DNA of 64,000 nt from Saccostrea cucullata (lineage: Eukaryota), in the NCBI RefSeq assembly GCF_032062105.1, contig NW_026919615.1:62001-126000 (forward strand), written 5' to 3'. Below, piece after piece: positions 33,011 through 44,900 of this stretch. The notes below the pieces were generated by a model, which worked only from the letters and a program-made list of their open reading frames with translations, was not told the origin of the DNA and did not search any database. Both the position numbers and the translations under genes were made by a program. How positions within the stretch are numbered: the first letter of the stretch is position 1; the number at the start of each line of letters is the position of its first letter.

Positions 33011-35179
33011 GTGGCGAAAGGCGAGTTTTCGGCGCCTTTAAATAACTGGAACTTGTGACCTAGGGGAAGAAAAACCCTGACAGAAAACCACTAGTCCTCC
33101 GAGTACAGGGGGTTTTGCTCAGGGTGAGCAACCCTGACATGTAAAAAAATCAACAGCTACAGAAACCAAAGCCGAGGAAAATTTTACCACTGGAAGGATT
33201 GAAACTATTCAGGAAACTGAGCACATGAAGGATGGCAGTCAAACCCAGCAGGAAACTGACACCCAGATAGTGAACATCCTTCACCCTAAAGAAGTATGTA
33301 GAGTTGGTTGCTGGAATGTCCGCACCCTCTACCAGACAGGAAAATTGGCCCAAGTCTTAAAAGAAATGGACAGGTACGACATCCAAATGCTAGGTATATG
33401 TGAAACTAGACGGACAGGAAACGGGACTCGCAAACTTGCCACTGGTCATCAGATACTGTACTTGGGAAGAAGCGACGAACAGCACAGCAGTGATGTAGGC
33501 TTAATACTCAATAGGAAGCTAGGAAAGTGCATGTTAGGTTGGAACCCATACAACGACAGACTTCTTTCTACACGATTCCATTCAAAATTTGCTAAACTGA
33601 CAGTTATAGTCTGCTACTCGCCTACAGAAGACAAAGAAGAAGAAAAGAATTCTTTCTATGAAGAACTGCAGAGAGCTGTGGAGGAAACACCAGTTCATGA
33701 TGTACTCATCATACGTGGTGATCTGAATGCGAAAATTGGAACCAACAATGAAGGAAAAGAATCCATTATGGGAAAACATGGATGTGATGTGATTAACAAC
33801 AATGGTAGTAGACTAGTAGATTTCTGCCTAGAAAATAAGCTATTGGAGGCACCATCTTCCAGCACAAAAACATCCATAAACAAACATGGACTTCACCAGA
33901 TGGTCACACACAAAATCAAATTGACCATGTACAGATTAATAAAAGGAGGAGAGGTACACTGCAGGGTGTAAGGGCATTGAGAGGGGCTGATGTACACTCT
34001 TGTCCTAGTAAAGCTGAAATTGAAATTGAGAAAGATAAAGGAAGGGAAACAACGGTCACCTCAAGTGGATGTGAGCAAACTCAAAGATCCTGCACTCATG
34101 AAATCATTTCAGCTGGAGGTTAAAAACCGATTTACCATCCTAAAAGATGAACAAGAACTCAGTATTGAACAATTTAACACCGCACTTGTTGAAGCAGGAA
34201 AGAAAACACTGGGCTTGAAAAAGAAGAAGAAGGAAGAATTGATATCATCTAAGACCTGGGAAATGGTGGAACTAAGATGCAAAACAAAGAAGAAAATACT
34301 AACAGCCAAGTCAGCTAGGCTATAAGTTCAACTAAAAGAAACATACATAATACAAGACAAGAAAGTTAAGAAAAATGCACGAAAGGACAAGAAAGATTAC
34401 GTTCACAAGCTTGCGCAAGATGCAGAAAATGCTGCCTCAAAACAAGACATGGGGACATTATATCGCATTACAAAAACTCTGAGTGGAGGATTTAAAAGTA
34501 CAGATACACCAGTGCGAAAACAAGATGGAGTATTGGCCTCTAGTTTAGAAGAAGAGCTTACCTGTTGGAAAGAGCATTTTGAAAGGGTATTAAACCAGGA
34601 ATGTCCATCAACAGAACATGCTGAAATTATTGAAGCTATAGACACTTTGGACATCGATACCAACACACCAACAATTGAGGAAGTAAAACATGCCATCAAA
34701 CTTCTTAAGAATGGGAAAGCCCCAGGGATCGATCAAGTACATGCAGAAATGTTAAAATCTGAGGAAGTATTAACACCCAGACTTCTCACAGATATCCTGC
34801 AAACTATTTGGCAGACAGATGATTGGAAGGTTTGTCTCATTGTGAAGCTGCCCAAGAAAGGTGACCTAGCTAACACAAATAATTGGAGAGGGGTGATGTT
34901 GTTTTCAGTTACCAGCAAAGTCTTAAGCAGAGTCATCTTAAACAGAATGGCCTCAGTGGTAGACCCATACCTTGGTAAAGAACAAGCTGGATTTAGAAAA
35001 GGAAAATCATGCACTGACCAGATATTTTCCTTGAGGCAAATTTTAGAACAAAGCATTGTATGGAATGCTACGTTGTATGCCAATTTCATCGACTTTGCCA
35101 AAGCATTTGACAGTATACATCGTCCTGCTTTATGGATGATCCTCAGACATTATGGCATCCCTAACAAGATCATATCCAT

Positions 35180-35917
35180 TCTTGGAACCTGTAAATTGTT
35201 GTTTTTATCTAAAATTAAAGATAATCCATTGTGCTCTGTCTGTAATCTTGAGCAGGAAACAGGAAACTTTGAAGCATCTTTTTTATTACTGTCTTCCTGT
35301 TAAGGGAATATGGGATTGTTTAGAAGAATGGATTTTACAGAAAACTGGAAAAAATATTAACTTAGACCCAATTTCTGTTATATTAGGTATTTCTGGCAAA
35401 GAAAACACATCTTTAAATGTCATTATATTGCTTGTAAAACAGTATATATATCAAAAATTTTAGAAACTGTAAACCTTTGATATTTAACGAAGTAAAAAAT
35501 GTAATATATAAATACTATAATTTTGAAAAATACTTGTTTGCATTAAATATGGAAGACACCCAGTTTAAAAAGAGATGGCAGTTGTTAGACAATCTATTTG
35601 ATAAATGATTAGCTTTATATGATATTCATAAAAGGACACTGTAACTTTTACTTTTGTTTGTTTGTATTTTTTCTCTCTTTTTTATAAATATACTTATAGT
35701 GATAGTAAACACAGTGTAATATATAAACATGCATATATAATATATGTATATGTATATTGAATCATCTTTTTGTACAATTCATAAATAGGTGATACTGAAA
35801 TGGATGAGTGAGGTGGAAGAATCAGTGAGTGAATGTTTAATAAAAACCCACAATGATTTTGTAAATATAATGCTATTTGAAAGTTGTATTGTGGAAATAA
35901 AAAAAAAACAAAAAAAA
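35180..35917 (+). mobile_element. 5'-truncated L1/Tx1-type LINE 3' end nested inside the RTE RT gene
   Basis: 14-bp TSD AAGATCATATCCAT (35166-35179 and 35918-35931). Carries a CCHC zf-RVT-like peptide (CSVCN..QETLKHLFYYC..V..IW, across a frameshift), an AT-rich 3' UTR, AATAAA and a poly(A) tail. Confidence 0.88.
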
Positions 35918-38489
35918 AAGATCATATCCATCATTCAGATGCTATACAAGGACTTCCAGGCAAAGGTGATATGTGGCACAGAACTAACAGACAGCTTCCC
36001 AATCCAAACCGGGAGATGACAGGGATGTCCGCTTTCACTACTGCTGTTTAGTTTCTGCATAGACTGGGTTATGAAAATTACTACCAGTCAAACCAGTAGA
36101 GGAATATCCTGGACATTTCAACAGTCACTAGAAGATCTTATCTTTGCAGATGATATTGCTCTACTATTACAGGGATACAAAAATATTCAAAGCAAAACTG
36201 ATGACCTGGTCAAGTATGGCAGACAAATTGGACTTACCGGTAAGATGAATGTAAACAAAACAAAGTTAATGAAGATAAATACAAAGATAGATAAAGAAGT
36301 CACAGCAAACAACAACAGAATAGAAGAAGGAGACAATTTTATATACCTTGGAAATAAGATCACAGCCAATGGAGATTCCACCATGGATGTAGAAAATAGA
36401 ATTTCAAAAGCCCGTGACATCTTTGAAACATCTGAAAATCCTCAATTATCAGATCCAAAACCAAAACTAAGGATATTCAAAACAAATGTCATTGGAGTCC
36501 TTCTCTATGGATCTGAGTCATGGAAGGTGACAAAGAACATCTCGCAAAAACTGGATACCTTCCAAACAAGATGTCTCCATAGAATACCCAAGATATTCTG
36601 GCCAAACAAGATCACCAATGAGGAGCTGTATGAAAGAACACTGCGCAACACAGCTGCTATATCTGACCAGATTAAAGAAAGACAATGGAAATGGATTGGC
36701 CATGTGATGAGGTTGAAACCATCAAAAATACCAAGGGTAGCCCTAAGATGGACTCCACCAGGAAAGAGAAACAGAGGGCGACCAAAGGAGACATGGCGAC
36801 GATCGGTTGAAAAGGAAATGAATGATCAGGTGTGGACTTGGGGCACTGTACAGACAATGGCAGCAGACAGACAAAGATGGAGGTCCTCGGTGCAAGCCTT
36901 ATGTTCTCAAAACACGAAGAGGAATAAGTAAAGTAAGTATATTAGAGACAAGGTCAGGCCAAGGTCATTATTCTTTTCCTGGACGTTAATACTGTAATGA
37001 AAAATTACTATTACCAATTATGCGATCCTTACTTGTGTTGCATAAGATTGAATGTTTTTCTTTTTGCATAAAAAGATACTACCATAAAGTGCCTATAGGA
37101 GGATATTACCAAATTTACATAATTTAACTAAAATGGATGTTGGCTGATCCGAATTTTCTCGACTTTTCTTTAATTTTTAGAATATAATTGTTATAATTTT
37201 TATATGTTACCTATATTTAAATTTTTATCATTTTCACATATATTGTCACATAAGGTTTAAAACACTGTCGCAAAACAATAACTATCGAGTGGAAGTGGTC
37301 GATCAAGGAATTTTACATGACTTTCAGTACCATTAAAATAAGCACGTATTTTTTTGTGAGTGATGTTTCTTGCGAAATTACAAGTTTTAAATTTAAAATT
37401 CTTCGCGTTTATTTAGAATTTACAGTACTGTAGTCGCTGCTAGTTTCAAAGTCATTTTAAGTTGTATAACTGAGAAGGATAGACAAAGATTACATATTAA
37501 TCTTTTTAATATTTAAAAATAAAAGACATGCAAGGACATGAACACTTTGAATTTTTTATTCAATCAGAGAATAAATAAGTGCATGATTCGGAGAATATCA
37601 TGGAAAAACAGATGGGAGTGCCATATATATATTTTGCAGAGTTCCTCGTTTCATTTACTAATGAATTTTATGGGGACAAATTAGATACGTAAACTTGACA
37701 TTGATTAAAGAGGTTTTATCAGGATGAAAAATTCCACGGTACTAAGGTGACCTAAAAGGCCCCACGAGCCTCTTCTATTGCTTTACTTTTTTTTGAAGAA
37801 TTTTCTTTGAGAAATTTGAAACTGAACAATTTCAAAATGTACAATACACTGTATTTAAAAGAACCAAAATGATTTTTAACTACCATATATATATTGGATT
37901 CCGAAATTTCATAAGAATCCTTACGAACAAAGATACATAGCGGGTTCTAGTAATTGTTCAACCAAGCCTCTTTCTTTACTCCTCAGGAGAAACTTCGAAA
38001 GTACTGGGCAACAATATATGGACTGCTTGACCTTGACCATGAAGTTTGACTCACTTTTGCAAACATTCATTAAACTTACATTAACATTAGCCAAAACTTT
38101 GAACAAACCGTACCAAGTCTTTTGGATATAAATATGTTATATCTTGACTGTGTTTGACTCACTTTGAATAAAATTTCAACATTGACCATAACCTTTGAGA
38201 ATTGGTACTAAGGGTGACATATTTCTCAAGTGTATTCCTTGTGATAAGAAAGTAACTTTGCCATAGCTTTTGAATGATTGGTGTTTGGACTTTTCACATG
38301 CACTGGTATATTTGTTGAGGCAAATTCTTTATGTGGGAAACGACATTTTTGATAAGATAGGTCTTCTAATAACATTCTAATAAATAGCAATTTGTACTCA
38401 TGGGATTCCAACAAATTGTAGAAATACCTGGTCTCGAACCGCGATCAATCCTAAAAATCTACAGACAATATAATTCTGTAAACAGGGAC

Positions 38490-40425
38490 CCGGAAATTCC
38501 AGAAGTGGAAACAGGTGTGTCTAGGAGGAATAAGCATCCCCTGTTGAGGCGTTTACACCCATCGTTAGTTCTACACGTATGTATGGATCAAGTAGTCAGA
38601 TATTTCCGTTATTTCCCGATCATGACAAGGAGCACACGACGGGTGTGACCGATCGGCAGGGGATGCTAACTCCTTCATGGTACCTGATCCCATCTCTGAT
38701 GTTTTGGATGTCCGTGTTTACTCTGTTCCTATTTTGTATTGTTTTATGAACTTTTGATCTTGAATACTGTTCGTTATTTCTATATGTTTCATTTAAAAAA
38801 TCAACAAATTCCAAACAACAATCAGCCAAAATAAAATCCAGTAATAGGTTATGTTTGCTAGTAATAAGGCCATTGTAACGACCATAATATATTTGTTAAA
38901 TGTTGACTTTAAACGAGATTATTGAAATCCCTGTAGTATCAATTTATTTGTGAAGGGACTGCATCAGTTTAAAAATTGATTGTACCCAGAGCCTGCTCTA
39001 AAGTAGCGAATATAATTTTTTATTTAAAAAAAAAACAACAAACAAATACACTATTATAGATGAAATTTCCGACAAGCAACATACCTATTTAGAAAAGAAT
39101 GATTATAGACAAATTTATTTTAAAAAGAAATAAACTTCAATTTTTAATACTGGTATAAAGTTCGAATTGATGTTGAAATCTCAGGTTGATACAGGATATG
39201 AAACAGTTTATGACATGTATTGAATTGATTTTTTTTTATTTATTAGACGTGGACTTCAAAATACCAAGAGACTTTTGGAAAATTTGAAATCACAAAATTT
39301 TACCAATATTAACAGCATAAAAATTTTCTACTTTTCAACGTTATACCCTTTCCCATGCACGATATATAATAAAGTCCAGGCTTTTTGACATAATTGGCGG
39401 CGGCTTTTCCAGTAAAAATGAAACTTGCAAAGAATCTTTACTTATCTTGTTATAGGTCATTTGCAAAATTATTTTGTTAAAGCATTCTGATTGTACACAC
39501 AAGTACTCTGAAGTTGATATTTAAAAGATGCTTGAGTTTCTGATTGACAATATCTCTGTGTTTTTTGGAGACCCGGTCTTCCAACAATCTATTGGAATTC
39601 CCATGGGAACCAATTGCATTCCGTTATTAGCATACTTATTTTTGTATTTGTATGAAGCAGAATTTGTCCAAAATCTTATACGCGAACAAAAAAAAGTTAA
39701 TTGCTGTGGCCTTCAACTCGACATTTATAGATATCGACGACGCATTGTCGATTGACAAAGGCTATTTCCACGCATTCTTATGTTGATACGTTAAATCCCG
39801 GTGAGCTTGAAATAAAAGATACCACAAAGGCTGAAATATCTGTTTCATATTTTCATAGATAATTTACTAGGGGAAAACGTGAATGATTATGCTATAACCA
39901 AGCGTTATTAAAAACATGGTGACTTTAACTTTTCAATCGTCGACTTCTTTACTTATGCGGAGAATACCTTCATCACTTTCATACTGGGTCTTGCAGTTGA
40001 TTCGATACGCAAGAACATGCTCTACTTATGAACAATGTCTAAAATGAGATAAATTATTGACAAACAAGTTGCTGAAACAAGAATGTCAACAGTCTTGTTT
40101 AAAGTGGTCATTTTGTAAGTTCTGTGGTCGACACAATGACCTTGTCAGTAAATACGATTTATCATTAAGTCATATGCTTACTGACGTTAGTCATATCTAT
40201 ATTATTAGATCTTTATATACTCATGGAATTGTCGACGGATTTATCTGTACACTTTATAAGATCGCAAAGCGGGTGTGACCGGTCAGCAGGGGATATTCAC
40301 TCCTCCATGGTACCTGATTCCACCTCTGTTGTTTTAGCTATATGTTTTGCTCTAGTCCAATTTTGTATTGTTTAATGGACTTAATTCTGAGATCGAATAC
40401 TGCTCGTTATCATCATATATTTCAT
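38490..40425 (+). mobile_element. Decayed Penelope-like retroelement (RT fragment plus direct and inverted pLTR-like repeats)
   Basis: RT fragment MLEFLIDNISVFFGDPVFQQSIGIPMGTNC.PLLA.LFLY.YEAEF plus frameshifted RYIDD. Repeat GGGTGTGACCG...CAGGGGAT...ACTCCT.CATGGTACCTGAT at ~38641 and ~40271, with an inverted copy at ~38495-38562. Confidence 0.8.
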
Positions 40426-41249
40426 AAAAGAGTAATACAATATATACGTGTTTTATTTAACATATAGATAACATTTCATTTCAAGATATTGAAATGCTTA
40501 CCTGACATTTCTTGACATGTTTTATTAGACAATTATATTGCGCATTTCTATACTCTTAAGCACCTTATTTGCAAATGAATCAATTTTCGCATTCTCCTTT
40601 GAGTGCATATTATTTACAAGTAAAACATTGTATTTATCAATAATACATGTGTAAATTTGTATGTGTAAAACATAAAGATGGCAATTTTATTTATTTCCAA
40701 TTTTGTTTTAAAATATGACAATTCTTTGGAGTCCGATTTCAGTAGAAGACCCCTCCCCTTATTACAGTACCTTGAATTAAAGGTAGTTAACTTTTTTTTT
40801 ACACTGGCATTTTAAAATTATGAATCAATTTGCATTGAGATATTCTAAGACTTAATCATACAAAGATCTCAATTTCAAGCTTCAATTGGAGACTTCTTTA
40901 ATTTAATTATTAATAGTTAGAGTTATCCCTCCTGGCTGTGGATCAGATATCCTTAAAGTGTAGTATTTCTGCTAAAGGTTAACATTATTTTTCTTTAATT
41001 TTTTTTATTTAAATTTAGAATAAAAATTTTTACTATAAGGCTACCCCTTGCCCCCTACAAACTTTATCATCTCTTCGAATTAAAAAAAAAAAAGAAGTTC
41101 TGGAGAAATCTATTATAGTAATACAAAGTACATATTTATTTCTCAAATCTGCTTACTGTACGTTACACCGTCTTTTTTAAAGAAATTATACAACAGTCCC
41201 TGTCTTTCTTGTTTCCTGTTTTTTTTTTTCAATCTGATGGCGTAAACGA

Positions 41250-41254
<5 letters not shown>

Positions 41255-41314
<60 letters not shown>
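41255..41314. repeat. (TC)30 microsatellite upstream of nkd
   Basis: Perfect TC dinucleotide run. Confidence 0.97.
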
Positions 41315-41316
<2 letters not shown>

Positions 41317-41436
41317 AAGTCGTTCTCTCCTCTAAACACTGGTCCAAAGCCTGTTTTAGATATAGATTTATTCTTTATATACTTGCCGTTAAATGTTATT
41401 CAAACTTTTATCAAAATTTCTTCTTTTCAATCTTTT

Positions 41437-41515
41437 AGATCAAAGACACCCAACAGCCGACCTAACACTCTGTATAATAACCATAAAGGAAAGTACGGTT
41501 ATTTAAAGATCAAAG
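41437..41515. promoter_or_regulatory. Paired TCF/LEF consensus sites (AGATCAAAG) in the nkd upstream region
   Basis: AGATCAAAG at 41437-41445 and 41507-41515. A GCCG helper-like motif follows the first site. Confidence 0.6.
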
Positions 41516-41963
41516 AAAACTTTTATCTCGACGATTCCATGTAGTTATTCTTTCATATGCCTCGGGATTTTTTGGAAAAATCAATATTTACCTCTGCATT
41601 TCATTTGTAAGAGGTAGTTTTCTTGTGATTTGTATCAAATATGTTAATTCGAGTTGCACTCACTGGCAACTTGCACGGATAATTCGATAGACAAAAAACG
41701 AATTAAACGAACTTCGCCAATTTGCACGACACCCTTCCCAGAAAATGAACTAAACCAACTGTCAGTCAAGCGGCATGAATTCGACCTAGCACCGCCCTCG
41801 TAACTCTGTCAAGTGTGCTTTTCGTAAATAGTTTGTGTATTTTCAGTGTACTAGCACTAGGGTTAGTCCTTCGTCTAAAATTGGAATTTTGATCGTAAAA
41901 AACTTTTGATTGTGAACTTGGGATTAAAGTGAACGACTCATATGTGTTGTTTGTACATGGGAA

Positions 41964-44900
41964 ATGGGGAAACAAGCTAGTAAACACGGTAAGTGAGTCT
42001 ACACGGGTCTTCGCGCCCCCGAAATGTCACGGGCGCGAGATGTAGTGTGAAATGGACATTGTCCATATTTGGTCGGCGTGGCGACTTCGGGGAAACGATT
42101 TCCATTGTTTACTAGGCCTAAATGATGTCGGTCCTTCTAAAACGGGACTACAACTTTGTCACTTTGTGTATATCGATTTTGTTGTAATCCGTTAATTGGG
42201 AATCATGGACGTTCTGTATGTGCCACTTAAACTACGGCTGTTTTAATTAAAATTAGTCGATCGTATCAGTTATGTGATGGTAAATAACCTCGACTAATTG
42301 AGCATGTACCAAAATGATAAAAGAAATTGAAATAAGCATGCAAAACTTGGAAAGAGGTACAAAATGGTCCCAACACGGGCACCTGTTTTTATGAGAAGGG
42401 TGACATTCATGACTAAGATTAAGAAATCTTTGATGAGTAGCTGTGCATGTCAAATTAGAGTAGAGTATTAGAATATAAAATGCATGACAAATTAGATGTG
42501 AAAGTTGTCATAATTGTATTAATATTTTCTTTTGCATGATATAAACAAACCAGCATACAGAGGAAAAGAGCCTCCTGATGGTGAGTTAGCTCCCCTCCCC
42601 CTTCCTTTCCCCACCCCCTCCCTGGTCATGTCTTGCTCATCTCCCCCATTTTATCAATTGTCATATAAAAGCATGCAACCTGTCTTGCAAGATATGAAAC
42701 ACAAATGCTCAAAGTAAATTAAGAAAATTTTATCAAGACACTAAAATTTTAGTGCAGTGCCATTCAAAAAGTCGATCATTCAATCATCTTTTTTTTTGGG
42801 GGGGGGGGGGAGGATGGCATAACTGAACCCTTATCATTTTCCAACCCTGTGCTACTGTTTGTTTTTTGAAAGGAAGCATACACTCCACATGTATCTAAAA
42901 ACTTCCTGCTGTATAAAGGCTAAGACCCAGGCAGGTTCATAATTTCACAATATCTAAGCCTTTCACAATACCAGCTTAGAAATCCCATCTTTATCCCTTT
43001 GTTATTGTACAATAAGAGATAAGATGTTGCCCCCTGATATATCCCAAATGGATCAACATTGTCTTGTATCCAAGCTACTTGTTTACAAATTGAAAGAATC
43101 CAACTTATGAGTTGTTTACAAGTTCCCCCGAGTATGAGGCATGTGTTGAATGGCATGTTTTGTCACCAAATGCAGACATTTAGAATTGTTCTTACACTGG
43201 GACAGCGAGATAAATGAAGAGCTGACAAAATAAAATTGATGCAGACTTGTCAGTTTTTAAGCCTGGGGCTCATTATAATGCACTACCTACCACATATCAT
43301 AATTTAACCTTTCGCTTCGCACGTTGCTTCAACATTCACCACTCTCATGTAATACACGTAATTGAATTCTTTATACTTCTGTCTTCCTATTTTTATGAAC
43401 TTTGAAGCTTTATCAAAAATCTTCATTTTTTTTTTCTCTCTTTTTCAGCGGAATGCTTTCTTATCAACGGTCAGTTAAACAAGGCTTTGGAGGAGCAGAT
43501 TTTGAAGCAGACAAAGACAGGCTTTAACCTGGCCAACTACAACCTAGATACTTCTCTGTCGGTGAGTGTACTTCACGTATACCCCAGCCATTCACATACC
43601 GGTGTCTGGTAAAATAGCCCCTTCGTGTTTAACGAGCCAGTATCTACTTGGCATTGTTATGGTGTACCGCTCTTCATTTCCTTTTCAATTTTTTTTTACC
43701 CTGGATCCATGGTTTTTGAGTGGATATGAATCCTCTCAGTGAGATATGTGTTTTATTTTTTTATGGTATGATTTTTAAGAGGAACACACAATTTTTAAGA
43801 GATGTGTGTCTAATAGGACCTGTTTTAACAAGGAGACAATAAAAGTGCCCCCTTGGGCAAGGCTGAATGAGTTACCGAGTGTATTTTATAAAGGGATCGA
43901 AAAAGAAAAAAAGGGAAAAAAGTAACACCTGGCCATGGTGTATGGCTGTACCAGTGCTCCGATTTTGTTGCAGAATTCATACCTTTCTCATTTGAAAGTA
44001 GAAAATAAAACTTTTCTTGGGTTTCCTGTACATCTGACTTTATCCTTCTGGTGAATGCTCCTTAAAATAAATACCATTTGTGTTTGGCCAGGAAAACATT
44101 CCCCCCTTTGCTGAAAATTAATGACATTCTTGGGCAAAATGAATGTAAACAAAAACTGTTTGCAAGTAGAGAGCATCCATTTGTTGAAGAATGGTGTAAA
44201 ATTAGGGTAAATGAATGGAAAATGTGGTTTACTGTAATTTCCCCCCCATCAGCTATTACATCAGCAATTAGTTTATTACTTCATCAGAATAGTTCTTGCA
44301 GTGGGTTGTGGAATTTGCTCTATGTTGGTACTTTATTATCTTGGTATAGTCTGGATGCTTTAGTGTAGAGAGGTAATGGAGAACAATAAATTCCTAAATT
44401 ATGGCATTGACTTGTGGCAATATTCTCTTAGATATTCAATTTCCTGTTGTAAAAGGTGATTAGGGCAGCTAGACAAAGATAATTGGGGCTTTTCCTCCTC
44501 AATTATATATAAAGAAGATGGTAAAAATATTCCCTGGGTAGGCATTTATGCTTTGTAGTCAAATTGGATGTCCAGGCTTTTTGGATCATAGCCATTCATC
44601 TATAGGGAAAAATAGTCTTCAAGAGCCCAAAATAGGATTTTGAAAAAAAGACGAGATTTTCTGCCTTTGAGTTATGGAATTGATTAGTGTTGGTGATTTT
44701 TTTTTTATTAATTTGAAAAAGCTAATATAAGGATGAGCAAAATGACATCCATTGAAGATGAAAATTATGGTCCAGAAAGAAAAGGCCAAACGACAACATA
44801 AAAAGGCATAAAAGTTTTCTTTATAGGAGTTTGATTGTGGAGGGGGGTTTTATGATACTTTGTCATGCAAATTCAATTTTTTTGTGTAGTCTTAGGAGAC

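Larger units (their letters stand above)
32840..36937 (+). mobile_element. Full-length RTE-clade LINE (APE endonuclease + reverse transcriptase), frameshifted, with nested insertion
   Basis: TSD TATATTAGAGA at 32829-32839 and 36938-36948; 3' AAGTA/AGTA-type tail. ORF fragments 33225-36931 contain APE motifs (VGCWNVRTL, LGICETR, GDLNAKIG) and RT motifs (GKAPGIDQVHAEMLK, LPKKGDL...NWRG, EQAGFRKGKSCTDQIF, FIDFAKAFDSIHR, LIFADD, FIYLG, LLYGSESW), plus the RTE C-terminus WIGHVMR...PPGKRNRGRPKETW. Confidence 0.95.

Noticed and set aside
33225-36931. Active autonomous retrotransposon
   Set aside because: Multiple frameshifts and stops plus a nested insertion. This copy is dead although full-length.
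41209-41544. 111-aa ORF with SLSLSL run
   Set aside because: Artefact of the (TC)n microsatellite.
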